Program-made: the position numbers and the translations under genes
Shown here: positions 11,788 to 26,283 of the stretch, one piece after another
Layout: every line of letters begins with the position of its first letter
Numbering within the stretch: position 1 is the first letter of the stretch
The notes under the pieces: model-generated
Seen by the model: only the letters and a program-made list of their open reading frames with translations
The model's database searches: none
Told to the model about the DNA's origin: nothing
NCBI RefSeq assembly: GCF_001194135.2
Contig: NC_068993.1
Coordinates: forward strand, 44,017,216 to 44,066,786
DNA from: Octopus bimaculoides
Lineage: Eukaryota
Length of the DNA: 49,571 nucleotides
Direction: 5' to 3'

Positions 11788-12395
11788 ATGACAATAGACA
11801 TACACATGCTCAGACTCTCATTCATATATATATACTGAATTCCACATTTAGCTTCCAATGCCAGAATTCGCATTAGGAAACGGGGACAGATGTAACCGTC
11901 GGAAATCTATTATTAAGTATATTACTGGTTCTCTTCCTATCGACGCTTGCAGTGATCAAAGGAAGATTGAACTCATGACACGAATAAAGAGTCATTGTGT
12001 CTGATGTTGCAACGATTATGCTATCGACTGTTAAACCGATGTGTACGATAAAGTATGAGTGTGGTTGCTTGGCGCCTGACCAACTTCATCAGAGCAGGCC
12101 TGTTATCAAAGCTACTCCAATTTAATTGTCGATAGTTTGACAATGTCTAGAATCACGTTATCTAATGTGTCCTTCCTTTGATTAAGATGGCGAGAGGGAG
12201 GTTCGAAGGAAATTTAGCTGGTCTAGTTATCTTGTAGACAGTCTGTCATTGGCACTATAAAATATTTGTTTCCGTTTGTTTAATAAGCCAGACAAACTAA
12301 TTAACGAACAAATTGACTTCCTAACTAACGAACTAACTGTGTGCGTGCGCGCGCGCGTTTGAGTGTGTGAGTGTTTGTGTGTGTATATATATATA

Positions 12396-12592
12396 TATGG
12401 GAGAATTTACGAAAAAAACAACAACAGACGAGGACAGGTGGTGTAAACAACAAAAGGATGTATTAGTTTAACGCTCGGGAATAGAGAAAGTCTTTAACGT
12501 TTCGAGCTACGCTCTTCAACTGAAAGGAACACAGAAAGAAATAAGGAGAAAAACAAGGAGAAAAAAAATATAAATGTAGTGGTCAGCGATCT

Positions 12593-12597
<5 letters not shown>
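12396..12597 (-). mobile_element. Penelope-type pLTR-like repeat (family also at 44715-44858 and 49372-49552) with degenerate hammerhead motif at 12492-12526
   Basis: Reverse complement matches ...ttcctttc[a/t]g..gaagagcgtag(g)ctcgaaacgttaaagactttctc...ttcccgagcgttaaactaatac...cacctgtc.tcgtc. Flanked by (TA)n on both sides. Confidence 0.65.
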
Positions 12598-12636
<39 letters not shown>

Positions 12637-13174
12637 AAAAATATAATAAGCACAAGTTCATATCATTAGTTCCTTATGTACATTTCACTATTTTGGTTGT
12701 TTGGAAATCTACAATTACTTCTTTGTAACCTAATACAACAAAGTGTTCCCTGGTTATCTGTTTTGCTTAAGCACACTTGAACATCCAGTGCAGGACTCCG
12801 AGCCACCAAAATTGTGAAATGTACGTTGGAACTAATAATGTAAACTTGTGTTTACAGTCATTTTCTCCTACATTTGCTCTGTATTTCATAACCAGTAATA
12901 CTACTAAGTATGATAGTTTCTTAATCACTGTATGTCAGCAGACTGCGATGATAATCTACGCGGAGCTCTGAACTTTACAGTCGCAGTCGTACATCAATTT
13001 GTACACACGAGATAAACTATATAGATGCACACACACACAAAAGCAACGTTTTATATCTATCTATCTGTCAGTCTCTCTGTCTGTTTGTCTCTCTGTCTAT
13101 GTATGTATATATCTCTGTATCTCTGTATCTGTCTCTCCCTCTCTCTCTCTCTATCCATCTATATCTATCCATCC

Positions 13175-13239
<65 letters not shown>

Positions 13240-15724
13240 AATAAATAATACAGAATGGGACAAGAACGCAAAACATCAAGACAGTTAGGTGATACAAGAA
13301 AGGGACAAAACATCCAGATAGACGATAAAAAGAAAACACGGGCAGGTCATTCGGAGTTTTCTCTCTTCAGTCGAGATCCAGATTATCTTTGCAATTTCGG
13401 CTGGTTATTCTCGATATTGCTCCAATCTGGCCAGCCCCAAGGAAAAACTAAGCCAAGAGCATTAGATTCCTTGGAAGAAAGCAGCGAATGTATACAAAAA
13501 CAAGGACGGAAAAAAAACGAACAATGTTACACAAATACAATAGGAATAATAACAGGACAAAACAACAGAAGTTGGCCACAGTTTCGTAGTCTCCGTGGCA
13601 GCTGTCCATGTCACGACTTACAGCCTTACAGTGTTCACAGTTAATTGAACAGCTATCATGATGTCGGAATTTTGATACACGCTGCGAATCATCATGATAC
13701 AGGCAACTCTTTTTCCAATATTCAGATGACTTTCAGTCTCTCATGTCAGCTAACTTTTTCTCAACTCCAACTTTTATCTTATGCTCCCCAGTGCCGTTGA
13801 CTGTTCACCAGAACACCAAGCTGTTCCTGAAAACATGAACATTTGCCAAATTTAACCTAAATACCCTGTATGTATAACATTTAATTCTTATCGATAAGAA
13901 CTAGAATGAAAAATATTTAAAACAAAGGTTGGATAAAATATCGATTAGCAGTTGCCTAAATGAAGTTTTGCCTCCAAATTAAATAAATACATAGAAATAT
14001 TGCATATAAGAGAGATTCCGCTACCAGTAACACAAAGTATATAGAGGTTACAGAGCACTCTTTTAAATGTCACCTTCACTAGCATAGTAACACATTCCAC
14101 CATTGCTACCAAGAAAGCAGCGCTTTCAAAGCATATTTAACAATGATGACGACGACGACGATGACAACGAACAAAGACGATGATGGTTACTCATTACCAT
14201 GTTTCTTAGTGCACCTGTATCATTATATATATATATATNNNNNNNNNNNNNNNNNNNNNNNNNNNNNNNNNNNNNNNNNNNNNNNNNNNNNNNNNNNNNN
14301 NNNNNNNNNNNNNNNNNNNNNNNNNNNNNNNNNNNNNNNNNNNNNNNNNNNNNNNNNNNNNNNNNNNNNNNNNNNNNNNNNNNNNNNNNNNNNNNNNNNN
14401 NNNNNNNNNNNNNNNNNNNNNNNNNNNNNNNNNNNNNNNNNNNNNNNNNNNNNNNNNNNNNNNNNNNNNNNNNNNNNNNNNNNNNNNNNNNNNNNNNNNN
14501 NNNNNNNNNNNNNNNNNNNNNNNNNNNNNNNNNNNNNNNNNNNNNNNNNNNNNNNNNNNNNNNNNNNNNNNNNNNNNNNNNNNNNNNNNNNNNNNNNNNN
14601 NNNNNNNNNNNNNNNNNNNNNNNNNNNNNNNNNNNNNNNNNNNNNNNNNNNNNNNNNNNNNNNNNNNNNNNNNNNNNNNNNNNNNNNNNNNNNNNNNNNN
14701 NNNNNNNNNNNNNNNNNNNNNNNNNNNNNNNNNNNNNNNNNNNNNNNNNNNNNNNNNNNNNNNNNNNNNNNNNNNNNNNNNNNNNNNNNNNNNNNNNNNN
14801 NNNNNNNNNNNNNNNNNNNNNNNNNNNNNNNNNNNNNNNNNNNNNNNNNNNNNNNNNNNNNNNNNNNNNNNNNNNNNNNNNNNNNNNNNNNNNNNNNNNN
14901 NNNNNNNNNNNNNNNNNNNNNNNNNNNNNNNNNNNNNNNNNNNNNNNNNNNNNNNNNNNNNNNNNNNNNNNNNNNNNNNNNNNNNNNNNNNNNNNNNNNN
15001 NNNNNNNNNNNNNNNNNNNNNNNNNNNNNNNNNNNNNNNNNNNNNNNNNNNNNNNNNNNNNNNNNNNNNNNNNNNNNNNNNNNNNNNNNNNNNNNNNNNN
15101 NNNNNNNNNNNNNNNNNNNNNNNNNNNNNNNNNNNNNNNNNNNNNNNNNNNNNNNNNNNNNNNNNNATATATATATGTATATATATATATGAGTCCGTGT
15201 TTTTCCTGTATCATTGTGTACACTGGTGTATATGTTTGTGCGGTGGAAAACGTACTGTACATGTTACGACATTTGTCAGCGTACATATATGTGGACTTGT
15301 GATGTATTTCAATGTGTATATGTGTATATATTTGTGTGTATGAGTTTGGGAGTATCGATATCTTCCTGTTTTTTTGCGCAGTTACTCTATGTGAGTACGT
15401 AGATGATGTATATTTGTGTGTGTGTGTGTCTGTGTGTGTGTGTCTGTGTGTGTGTGTCTCTGTGTGTGTCTGTGTATGCGTATGTACGTATACATTTGTA
15501 CAATTATATATACACACACATATATACACGTATGTATATAACATAGATGTACATACATGATATAGATACAACTTTATATATATATATACATATGTATATA
15601 TACGTACTATGTGTATACATATATGTACATACATGCATACATACATAACGTGTGTATGTAAATGGTTATGTGGTGTATATATATGTATGTGTTTATAAAC
15701 TTGATATATATGTGTGTATATATT

Positions 15725-15761
<37 letters not shown>

Positions 15762-16204
15762 TACTGATATATATATAATATATATCTAATATGTATATGC
15801 GTATATATACATATACACGCTCACGCATGCATATGTACATGCATACATACATATATTCATACAAACATATGTGTACGGGTTACATTGTGTATATGTGAGT
15901 GTGTGTGTGTAATGGAAAATGTGTACCGATGACGATCATGTACCTCTCTTAAAATAGGTTCTCTTAATGGAGCAGGAACCAACCTAATGGCAAAACAAAC
16001 TTTTTATTCACTATAGATAATGTAAAGATCAAAACGTTATTAGTAAATATTATATCAGTATATCTCTAGTACTCTCTGTCTTACTTTATTTCACTCGACA
16101 GAAAGAGAGATACTAGGGCATTAATTTATGTTTTTATGTATATATGAGATTATAGACTGTACATATAAGATTCACCTTTGTGGCAAATAAAAGAACGGGT
16201 ACTT

Positions 16205-17470
16205 TCTTTTTTTTTTTTTGAAGTAGTCTTATTTTCATGGAATGTTTTCTGCGTAGTGTCTATCCAATGTCTGGGTACCTTGGATATGTCTTGTGCTGTG
16301 GTGCTGTATTTTTAATTCTATTAAAATTACTCTGTGTAATATCTGTGTAGTGTCTAAGGCGGCGAGCTGGTAGAATTGTTAGCACTCCGGGAAAAATGCG
16401 TAGCGGCATTTCGTCCGTCTTTACGTTCAGAATTCAATTTCACCATGAGCCCAACCTTGCATTTCTTCCTTTTGCGATCGGTAAAATGAGTAGCACTGGG
16501 GTCGATGCAATCAACTTAGCCATCCCCAAAATTGCTGCCTTTGTGCCATGATTTGAAACCATTAGGCGTGCAATGTGTAGACATGCTATTTTCTGTGTTT
16601 TCCATATTTGTAAGTCTCGGGTTTTATTTTTCTATTTCATGTACGTTTTAAATTATTCCAAGGCACCTTTTTATATTATCGATTCTTTCTGATTCAGTCC
16701 CCAGATTCGGATAACATCTCCTCTTGGTTTTCTTACCCAACAATACCTCGCCGATTAACCTTGTTGTCCCTGTCTAACTGGACTGGCATATCCCAGAGTA
16801 CAGCCGCTTTCTCATTCTCTGAGATCTTTTTCTGGTGTATATTTAAACCGCAGCTTTTCTATTAGGTTCTTAATGCTGATATAATTCGTAATGCTAATAT
16901 AATTTCCTGAGCAGGGAAGTTCGAACTCTTTTATAAATATCAAGAGACAATGTCAAGCGACAAAGTATTACTTCCAAACTTCTTCATATCCTGCAGTTAA
17001 TTAATGTACTGTGTTTCATTATCACCTTTGGCGGTTTCTAGCAAGAAGGATTTGACCCAATGTCACAAGCAATACTCCACCAGTATTAGCTTTGTGTCCT
17101 GCAAATTTTCAACCAGTATTGCAATTTTTCTACATAGCTTGTTCTTTCTTCTTTTTCCTTTTATCGGACAGGTATTGGCCATGTGGACAATTTTCTTAAT
17201 ATCTCATTGACATGACATTATTTACCTTTATTATTATTTTTTTTGCTAAGTTTTAGCTTTTTCTCAATTTCTGTTGTTTCAACTTTCCGCTTCTTTATTT
17301 CGGTTTCTACTTTATATTTATTAACTTCCTTGACAACAGATTTTCTTTATGTTTCGTTCATCAACAACTCACCGGGGAAAAGTATTACCAGCTCATTAAT
17401 CAAAACACCTCCTTTCCATAAACATAATTAGTGACATTCTATTCAATCGAAAGACGTTATTGATGTCTTT
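16205..17470 (-). mobile_element. Old Dong/R4-like element 3' half, interrupted by a SINE at 16356-16562
   Basis: Minus strand ISENEKAAVLWDMPVQLDRDNKVNRRGIV matches ENEKAKILWD..IQTDR..NRPDIV. 16205-16300 resembles the 3' UTR at 8388-8470. Left and right limits uncertain. Confidence 0.65.
16356..16562 (+). mobile_element. SINE, same family, inserted into the Dong/R4-like relic
   Basis: aaggcggcgagctggtagaattgttagcac...ctggggtcgatgcaatc. Confidence 0.8.
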
Positions 17471-18439
17471 TTTATTTCTAAGTTGATTTATATTCGTTAG
17501 TTAAAGAAACAGATAAAACCTAATGCACAAAATAATCTGTATTTTTGCGGTGACAATGATAATTAGCTCCAAATAATCTCTTCTGTTTTTGAGCAAACCT
17601 ATGATCAAGCACATTCCAGTCATGATATTCTCATCTTTTAGTCTAATATTGTCCGATGTTTCCTTCAAATCAAACAGCAGAGTGTGGTTTGAGTGTAGTG
17701 TTGTGTACTGAGTGTTGTATACTGTTGATTATACAATATAGCGTTGTTTACTGTTTTGAATATATGTGTGAGAGTGTGTGTGGTGTGTGTGTGTGTGTGT
17801 GTGTGAGTGCGTGTGTGTGTATACACATTCGCGCATGTATATACATGCATACACGCACGCACGCGCACACGCACGCGCACACGCACACACACACATATAT
17901 ACACATACACGTATATCTATAGTGAAATATTGTTTCCTGCAGTTATTATTTAGTGCCGCGTAGAGTTACTGTAGTGAAATGCTAAACTTTTCTTGTGTAT
18001 CCCCAAAGCCCTAATCTATTAGATTTGTGGTCAGAGGCGTTACAGTCATGTCTATCTTGCCTTTTTATGTAAACCTGACTATATGGTCCAATAGATTCTT
18101 CACCTTCAGTGTGTTTTTTTAAAGGGAGAGTTGTCGGCTATTTCTGGCGACGACAAAAAGGCTCCTTCCTTGGAGTTGTTGAAGTTGTAATGGATTAGCT
18201 GATTCGTTAGTCTCTGAAAAAATACCCAGCAGTATTTTGTTGATGTCCTATATGATCAGACTTAAAATTCTGCAGGATATTATCAAATTTATTTTTCATC
18301 TTTCGGGTGTCGAAAAAAAGCGTACCAGTTAAATAATAGGATCGACATAATCAACTAAGTCATCCACCTATCATCTCCACCTCGACTACCGCCATCCCCA
18401 TCACTAAAGTAGTCTATCGTCATTATTATTGTAATCTTC

Positions 18440-18666
18440 AAGGCGGCAAGTTAGCAGAAACGTTAGCACGCCGGGCGAAATGCTAAACGGTATTTCGTCT
18501 GCTGTTATGTTCTGAGTTCAAATTCCGCCGAGGTCGACTTTGTCTTTCATCTTTTCGGGGTCAATAAAATAAGTATCAGTTGAGTACACTATCAGTTGAT
18601 AAAATAAGTATTAGTTGTCTTAACCCCTCTCCCCAAATTTCAGGCCTTGTGCCTATAGTAGAAAGG
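18440..18666 (+). mobile_element. SINE, same family, with 18-bp target-site duplication
   Basis: attattattgtaatcttc at both 18422-18439 and 18667-18684. Confidence 0.88.
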
Positions 18667-18687
18667 ATTATTATTGTAATCTTCGTT

Positions 18688-18905
18688 AAGGTGGCGAACT
18701 GGTAGAATCGTTAGCACGCCGGGCAAAATGCTTCGCGGCATTTCGCCCGTCTTTACGTTCTGAGTTCAAATTTCGTCGAGGTTGACATTGCCTGTCATCT
18801 TTTCGGGGTCGATAAAATAAGTACCAGTCAAGTACTGTGGTCGATGTAATCGACTTAACCCCTCCCTAGAAACTACTGGCCTTGTGCTAAAATTTTAAAT
18901 CACTA
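18688..18905 (+). mobile_element. SINE, same family, tandem to the previous copy
   Basis: aaggtggcgaactggtagaatcgttagcacgccggg...gtcgatgtaatcgact. Confidence 0.85.
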
Positions 18906-19036
18906 TTATTGTTGCCGTTATGGCAGTTTAAGTATGTTACACATAAATAAAGCTTACCTACTAACAATACTTTTATCTATTACTTATACTATATCAACTA
19001 CATCTACTGTAGCTAATGCTTCTACCTCTTCTTCAG

Positions 19037-19107
19037 ATCTTTGCTGATACAAGTTATGTTGCGAGAACAAGTCTATGATAAACGTCTGCCGCCAAACTTC
19101 GATAAAG
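19037..19107 (+). CDS. Cys-loop anion channel (GlyR/GluCl-like), first identifiable coding exon: (R)SLLIQVMLREQVYDKRLPPNFDK(D)
   Basis: Acceptor ctacctcttcttcag, donor AAAG|gtaggt; 71 bp, phase 2 to 1. YDKRLPP matches the N-terminal helix/YDxRxRP motif of pLGIC subunits. G+AT joins in frame to the next exon. Confidence 0.85.
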
Positions 19108-19324
19108 GTAGGTTTACAGCTACTACAACTTATTCAATATTTGTAGATAGATGACTCTTATGACGAAATCTGATTTATCTTATTCTAGACTCACTGTCTG
19201 AATGAGAAAAACATATTTAAAAAATAACTTTTGTTTTATTTTGGTTTGCTTTTCATTATTGTCAATATAGTTAGAAAATTGTCAGTAATTCATATTAAAA
19301 TATGTGTAGATCTTTTGTGTGTTG

Positions 19325-19325
19325 G

Positions 19326-19360
<35 letters not shown>

Positions 19361-19402
19361 ATACATACATACATACATACATACATAGACAGACAGACAG
19401 AC

Positions 19403-19454
<52 letters not shown>

Positions 19455-19650
19455 GGATGGATGGATGGATGGATGGATGGATGGATGGACGGATAGATAG
19501 ATAAATTGATAGTAAGACAGGCAGACAGACAGATAGATAAATAGATCGATAGATAGATAGATAGAAAGATTGATAGAGGGACAGATAATTAGCTAGCAAG
19601 CTAGATAGATGAATGGATGGATGAATGAATGGCTGGCTGGCTAGATGGAT
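19325..19650. repeat. Compound tetranucleotide microsatellite (AGAT/ACAT/AGAC/GGAT/GAAT/GGCT)
   Basis: Read directly. Confidence 0.9.
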
Positions 19651-19779
19651 GGTTCTGAGTTCATGGGTGGTAGACTTATCTATCTCTCAGTTTAACGTCT
19701 GGGTGACTTTAAAAAATTGTATTCTGTTGAACGCATTTGAACGAGATTTCCAGTTTTTTCATTCACTGAAGCTGTGAAA

Positions 19780-20400
19780 AATGTATCAAGTATATTGTCT
19801 CGCCTCCACCTGACTAAATGGTAAAAATTCTAACAACAATGTCAGAAAGTGTAGTCTAACTTCGATATCTGATAGATATATTACCTTTCACCTTGGACGA
19901 AACACTTTTGCTATTCAGTAGCAGGTGATAGCTATTAAGCACTTGATCAATGAGAATAATATCCCACTAAAACTACGATAGAAAATGTAATTGTACAATA
20001 TAGATGTGGAAGATATCATCCATATCTTCATCAGCTACCCCAGAATATTCACAAGGTAGTACCTTCCCAGGAGACATGGCTTTAGTGCTAAAACCACTTA
20101 CAGAATTGCAAAAGAGATTGTCCTGATGACCATAACAAAGACATACCTGAACCAGAAGAAATATACGTGAAATATTCTGTTAGCAACATTCCGATAAAAA
20201 TACCACAGACTTGATGTTTTAATATAGAGAAAAAAAAAGAAAGAAAAATCATGCACGGTTGTAGAGGTTAACTGCCCAGTGGTTGGTAATGTCTAGGTTA
20301 AAACTATGCAAAAGAAAAGAAAATCTTTAGGGAGAATTAATGCGTTGATTTATAACTTTCTATCTGGATTTTCATTTGTATCAATAACTGACAGAACAAT
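19780..20400 (+). mobile_element. Degenerate RLE-clade non-LTR retrotransposon C-terminal fragment
   Basis: FAIQ*QVIAIKHL, EDIIHIFISYP...YLPRRH, and KSCTVVEVNCP fit the zinc-knuckle and RLE region; multiple stops. Confidence 0.65.
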
Positions 20401-21155
20401 AACTGACAGGTATTCACGAAATGCAACAGTGGAAATTTGTAAACCATTCCGGGGACACAACATTTGAATTTCCTCAATCACATGTACGTTTAGCGCATGC
20501 GCAGATATTCATAAAAAGAAATCAAGCCCAATCGGAAAGACACACGCATATCCATTTCATGAATACAAGAATATATATTCATACAAATATATAGGCGCAC
20601 ATTAACTCACCTATATATTCGAAACATTCAGAAACACTGAAAAAAGAACCTTCTCAGTTCGTTAACGATCGACTTAAGTTCTGCTAGGGAAACGCACACG
20701 AGCGCATATATAAACATACATGCATACATATATGAATATACATATGCTTGCGTAAAGATAGTAGAAACATAGTAGGTGTAGGTACATATACCTGTATATA
20801 TGTGTGTGTGTGTGTGTGTCTGTCTGTATTTGCACACGTATGGGTGTGTACGTAGATAAATTACCCACATAAACAGATATGTGCTCGTATGTGTATCTAA
20901 GTGGTGCGTACATTTATGTTCAATCGCACACACGCACGTTCAAGTGAGCATTTAAGAGTGAAGTGTGTGGGTGAGTACTCTCACATGTGCATGTATATGT
21001 GAGTGTAGGGCTAGAAAGATGACAATATGTCTGGATAACTAGTTTAATGTTGAGCCGTGTTTTCTTAATACTTAAATGCTTGATTACAGATGTAAAACGA
21101 AGACAATAACTGTTGTTTTGACTTCCCATCAGAGAGTTTACGTCTATTATCAAAA

Positions 21156-21233
<78 letters not shown>

Positions 21234-21852
21234 ACTATCTATCTATCTGTANNNNNNNNNNNNNNNNNNNNNNNNNNNNNNNNNNNNNNNNNNNNNNNNN
21301 NNNNNNNNNNNNNNNNNNNNNNNNNNNNNNNNNNNNNNNNNNNNATATACATACATATATACATACATGCACATACACACATGTGTATGTATGTATGCAT
21401 GTATGTATGTATAAACATACAAATAAACATGCATATTCATTTAAGGAACTGAATGTATAGTTTCTCTCCTGAGTGACCACTGTTACTTTAAGGATTTAAA
21501 AATAGAAGCTGTATTTATAACTTGATTTAGTGAGGCTTAAAATATGCGTGTATATTTGTTTTTATGAAATGGATTTGTTTTGTTAGTGGATAAAAGATTT
21601 TAGCACGAATGGTTCTTAAAGTATGTGTGAATGTATTTGGTGGGGGCTGTAGAATGTTTCGGTTGGTTTGTCAGCTTAAATACAAAATCTATTTGATTTT
21701 TGGACGATTAAACAAAGACGTATGATAGAAGTAATAAAAGAATATATCTACTTTACAGCTTCCAATTTTAAAACGTCACAGTCCAAAGATTGTTGCATCT
21801 TATTTTAGCTTATTTTAGATTGTTGCGCCGTGTTTTAGCTTATTAAAAATCT

Positions 21853-22245
21853 ATAGGCTGTGTAGCTAAGAAGCTCGGTTTGCAAACTCGTCGGCTTGGG
21901 TTCACTTCCATCAGCATAGAAGCTCAGGCAAGTGTTTTCTACTGTACTCCCGATACTGTGTGAGAATTGGGTAGACGGTAACTGTGCAGAAGCCCGTTGT
22001 ATATGTGTGTGTGTGTGTGTGTGGGGTGCGTGCATCCAAGTGTGCGTTTGTTTGTTTGTTTGTGTGTGTGTGCGCGCGCGCGTGTATCATTGTGTTTGTA
22101 TTTGTCGCACACCATCACTTGACAACCGCTGCTCCCATAACTTAGCGGTTCGGCAATATTGGTTGATAGTACCAGGTGTAAGAATAAGTAATGGTGTCGA
22201 TTTACTCGACTAAACCCTTAAAAGTCGTGCCCCACCATAGCCACA
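21853..22245 (+). mobile_element. tRNA-headed SINE with internal (TG)n, same family as 581-976
   Basis: ggctgtgtagctaagaag...ggcaagtgttttctact...gtagacggtaactg..gaagcccgttgtata...(TG)n...ttgacaaccg...aacttagcggttcggcaa. Confidence 0.75.
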
Positions 22246-22394
22246 AAAGGTAAAAGACGTGTTGCATGTAAAGCGATGATTTGGCAATGATTACGGGCGT
22301 CGAATGGAAAGTTTTGCGATGTGTTACAGCTCTTTTCACCGAGTTCAAATCTCGACAAATCCAATATCCCATTCTTTCGAGTTCTCTCTTTTCA

Positions 22395-22435
<41 letters not shown>

Positions 22436-22530
22436 ACTCCCTTTCTCCCAGGAAGAAATATACATAAATACACACACACAAACTCCGATATAATGTATTT
22501 CTATTTATTTATTTTTTTATCTTTTGGCAG

Positions 22531-22598
22531 ATCTTCCGACTCGAGTAAACGTTTCTTTGGACTTTAATTCGTTCGACTCAATTGATGAAATGAATATG
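22531..22598 (+). CDS. Cys-loop anion channel exon (68 bp): LPTRVNVSLDFNSFDSIDEMNM
   Basis: Acceptor ttttttatcttttggcag, donor ATG|gtaatt. Aligns without gaps to GlyR alpha1 [21 protein letters not shown] (beta1/loop G). Confidence 0.93.
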
Positions 22599-23424
22599 GT
22601 AATTATGAAGACGACTAATTGTATCCAACTTTGTTATTGCAATAAATATTTAATTGTTATTTTCATTATTATTATAGTCAGGTTTAATATCTTCAAGCAC
22701 GTTAATATTCTCTTTATGAAACAGCTTTTCGCAATACTGTGATATTAAAGTGGTATAATTGAAAATCACAAGGTAAAAAGTATTAACCGTTTCGAAGCAG
22801 CGAAATAGTTTCAGTCAGTTTTTTTTTTTTATATAATTCCATTTATATCGATGGTATTCTCATAGAAATATTGTGTGGAGTCAAAAGTTTTGCAATATTT
22901 TGGTAACTTATTTGCTCTATTCAAGTTACAACAAAAGCAACCTTGCATTCAAAGTAAAGACCATCGTGTTACACCGTCTGAAGCTTCCTTTCTGCCGGTT
23001 CGAAGCTAAGATCACTTTCATTGAAGCTTCTACTTCTCTTGGTTGATGAAGTGTCGCAAGCGTAGGAAGTGAGCCATGGATCTGAATAAGTAATCCTAAC
23101 ATGCATAAGCAGTAGTTAAGCAATTGCTAGCTTCCGAAATATGTTGCCTCGTAGTATTATGAACACAGAACGTAACTCAATACGGCAAGCGTTTTGTCCG
23201 ACGCCCAGCTAATCTAGCAACTTGTAGAGTGGAAAAATATTATATATATATTTATCAAATGATGATGACAGTTGTTAGTTGATATTGTGGAACTTATAAT
23301 AACTACAAAGTGGCATTTCTGCCATAAATTTGAATGACATTGAACGAAATTTACAATAAATAAAAAATTGTGCATATGTGCCGCATGGTCTTCATTGAAT
23401 CAGATCGATCTATGCCCGGTGACA

Positions 23425-23490
23425 ATACACACACACTCACTCACAAACACACACTCACTCACAAACACACACTCACTCACAAACACACAC
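23425..23490. repeat. 18-bp tandem repeat, about 3 copies (acacacactcactcacaa)
   Basis: Read directly. Confidence 0.8.
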
Positions 23491-23618
23491 TTATGTATGT
23501 ATATATATATGTATGTGTGTGTGTGTGTGTGTGTTTGTGTGTGTGCATGTGACTATATGCGTATATATAAATGTGTTTGCATTTCGGTGTACGTGTAGGT
23601 ATATTGTCCCCGCGCGTG

Positions 23619-23718
<100 letters not shown>

Positions 23719-24023
23719 TACACATAGTACTTATACGTATATGCTTGTATAAACATATGCATATGTATATTCTACATTTATTCTTTTATATGTATATACA
23801 AACGCACGTACTTACCTATATACTCGCTTACAAACATACATACATACATACATACATACACACATACATACATACATACATACATACAAACAAACATTTA
23901 TACATACGTACATATTTGTAAAACAGTCTCTTCGACGTCAGATCATCGTTAAAAAGTACTCCACACCGACTGAAGCCATTTCAATGAGACTACATAAAAT
24001 AAATGCATACATATAATGTTTAA

Positions 24024-24074
<51 letters not shown>

Positions 24075-26283
24075 CATATACATACATACATGTATTTATG
24101 TATGCATACATAGGCCATTACCGTGTTCAAATTTAATGTTTCATGCTTTCATTGAAGTTTCTGGAATACTTTAGTTTAAAATATTTCCTGTAGCTTACAG
24201 GTTGTGCCAGTTTATTTTAATGAGGTTTCCAGTAATACGTGTGTGTTTGTGTGTGGACGTGTATGTATGTATGTATGTGGGTACACGCGTGTGTGTGAGA
24301 GAGTGAGAGAAGGTAGCAACTTATTCTTCAAACGTGCTATATTAAAGATACGAAACTTCAAGTTTAATTTATCACGTTTGGATTGGAGTTTCACTATTAT
24401 GTTTGTTATCTGAAGTTCTTTCTATATCTTACATGCTTGTGGTTTCCCTAGTGATGAATAGGTTTTCAGGCTATGTATATATATATATATNNNNNNNNNN
24501 NNNNNNNNNNNNNNNNNNNNNNNNNNNNNNNNNNNNNNNNNNNNNNNNNNNNNNNNNNNNNNNNNNNNNNNNNNNNNNNNNNNNNNNNNNNNNNNNNNNN
24601 NNNNNNNNNNNNNNNNNNNNNNNNNNNNNNNNNNNNNNNNNNNNNNNNNNNNNNNNNNNNNNNNNNNNNNNNNNNNNNNNNNNNNNNNNNNNNNNNNNNN
24701 NNNNNNNNNNNNNNNNNNNNNNNNNNNNNNNNNNNNNNNNNNNNNNNNNNNNNNNNNNNNNNNNNNNNNNNNNNNNNNNNNNNNNNNNNNNNNNNNNNNN
24801 NNNNNNNNNNNNNNNNNNNNNNNNNNNNNNNNNNNNNNNNNNNNNNNNNNNNNNNNNNNNNNNNNNNNNNNNNNNNNNNNNNNNNNNNNNNNNNNNNNNN
24901 NNNNNNNNNNNNNNNNNNNNNNNNNNNNNNNNNNNNNNNNNNNNNNNTATGTATGTATGTATGTATGTATTTATCTATTTCGATCAATACATATACATAT
25001 TTGTGTGTACCGGTTTGTTTATGCATGTATTCATAGGTATCACATACCATATGAAATATATTTCCTATTATAATGTCGAAAGTTAGTTGATCGCTTTATC
25101 ATGTAAACCTGATTTATGGACATTTGATACTTCCATTAATTTCAGAAAATAATCACTTTGAGTTTTATTGCTTATTACATGCCTTAATTTAATGAAGTAG
25201 TCATATGCACAACGAGAGGAAGATTCCAAAGACGTGATTGTTTATGTCCGTGACATGACTTTTCCATTCATTTCTCATTTAAACTTTCACCCTCTCACGT
25301 GTTCAAGCTGTGGCTATGCTGAGACATCATCATTAAATATTTTTGCATTTGAAGATTTGAGATTTGATAGTTTTGTTGCTGTATGAAAACATGTCGCATC
25401 AAATTTGACTCCTACTAACTTAAAGAAACGTACTGGTGTTGAAGTAATGCTGAGCCAAACTATATATTTTAAATCTGATTTGAGTGAGTCTTCTGAGACA
25501 CTGAAACGTCAATATAATACTGTAGAATGGCATTTTCTTATAAATATATGCCTTTTTGTGAAGTTAGACGGGAAATAACTCAACTGATATTGCCAACTGT
25601 TTACTGAGTATAGGTGCACGTTTGGTAGCAGTATATATCAATACTGTAAATTTATTCAGTCCATAAGAAGGTTAATTTTAAATCTATTCTTATGTTATGT
25701 TGTTAATTATTTTTACAATTGTTCTTTTAAGATTGAACTGCTTGATAAATGCTGGTTAGTTTTTGTCTAAGTTTGTCTGCGTCGTACCTATTCCTGTTGT
25801 AATACGTCTTTAGATAACCCTATATTTGCTCCTTCTTCACTGTTTCTAAGTGAGTGTAGGATGAAAATACCGGCAACATCCGGCATTTCAGCACCATCAT
25901 GGACGCCGTAGGTACATCAAAGTGCTATTGTCCGTGCTTTTTGATCCGTGTAGGAACCATCGCAAAATAACATAGATTTCCTATCGCTCATTGATATACT
26001 AATGACAGTCTCTGCTGCAGGGATAGGTGGGGTGGGGCACAATGAATTGTTTTTACAGCATTTTTTACGTTGAGAATTTTTTACAAATCTTCACTTTCTT
26101 AAAAAACTATATGAGTTAAGCAAATGATCTTCTCTAAATGCATTAAAACACTATTCAGAACACTATTTCAGAAAATTATCTGTTCTCTTTGAACATATGA
26201 AAGACAAATTTAGCTGGGGGAAAATGAGTAAGCCAAGTTAAGGTAAATTGAAAGTCTGTTTTATATAGCCTTACTTATATAGC

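Noticed and set aside
13340-13380. Minus-strand CTGAAGA-GAG-AAAA-CTC-CGAAT hammerhead-like motif
   Set aside because: GAAA is GAAT, and no stem I or helix III pairing could be built.
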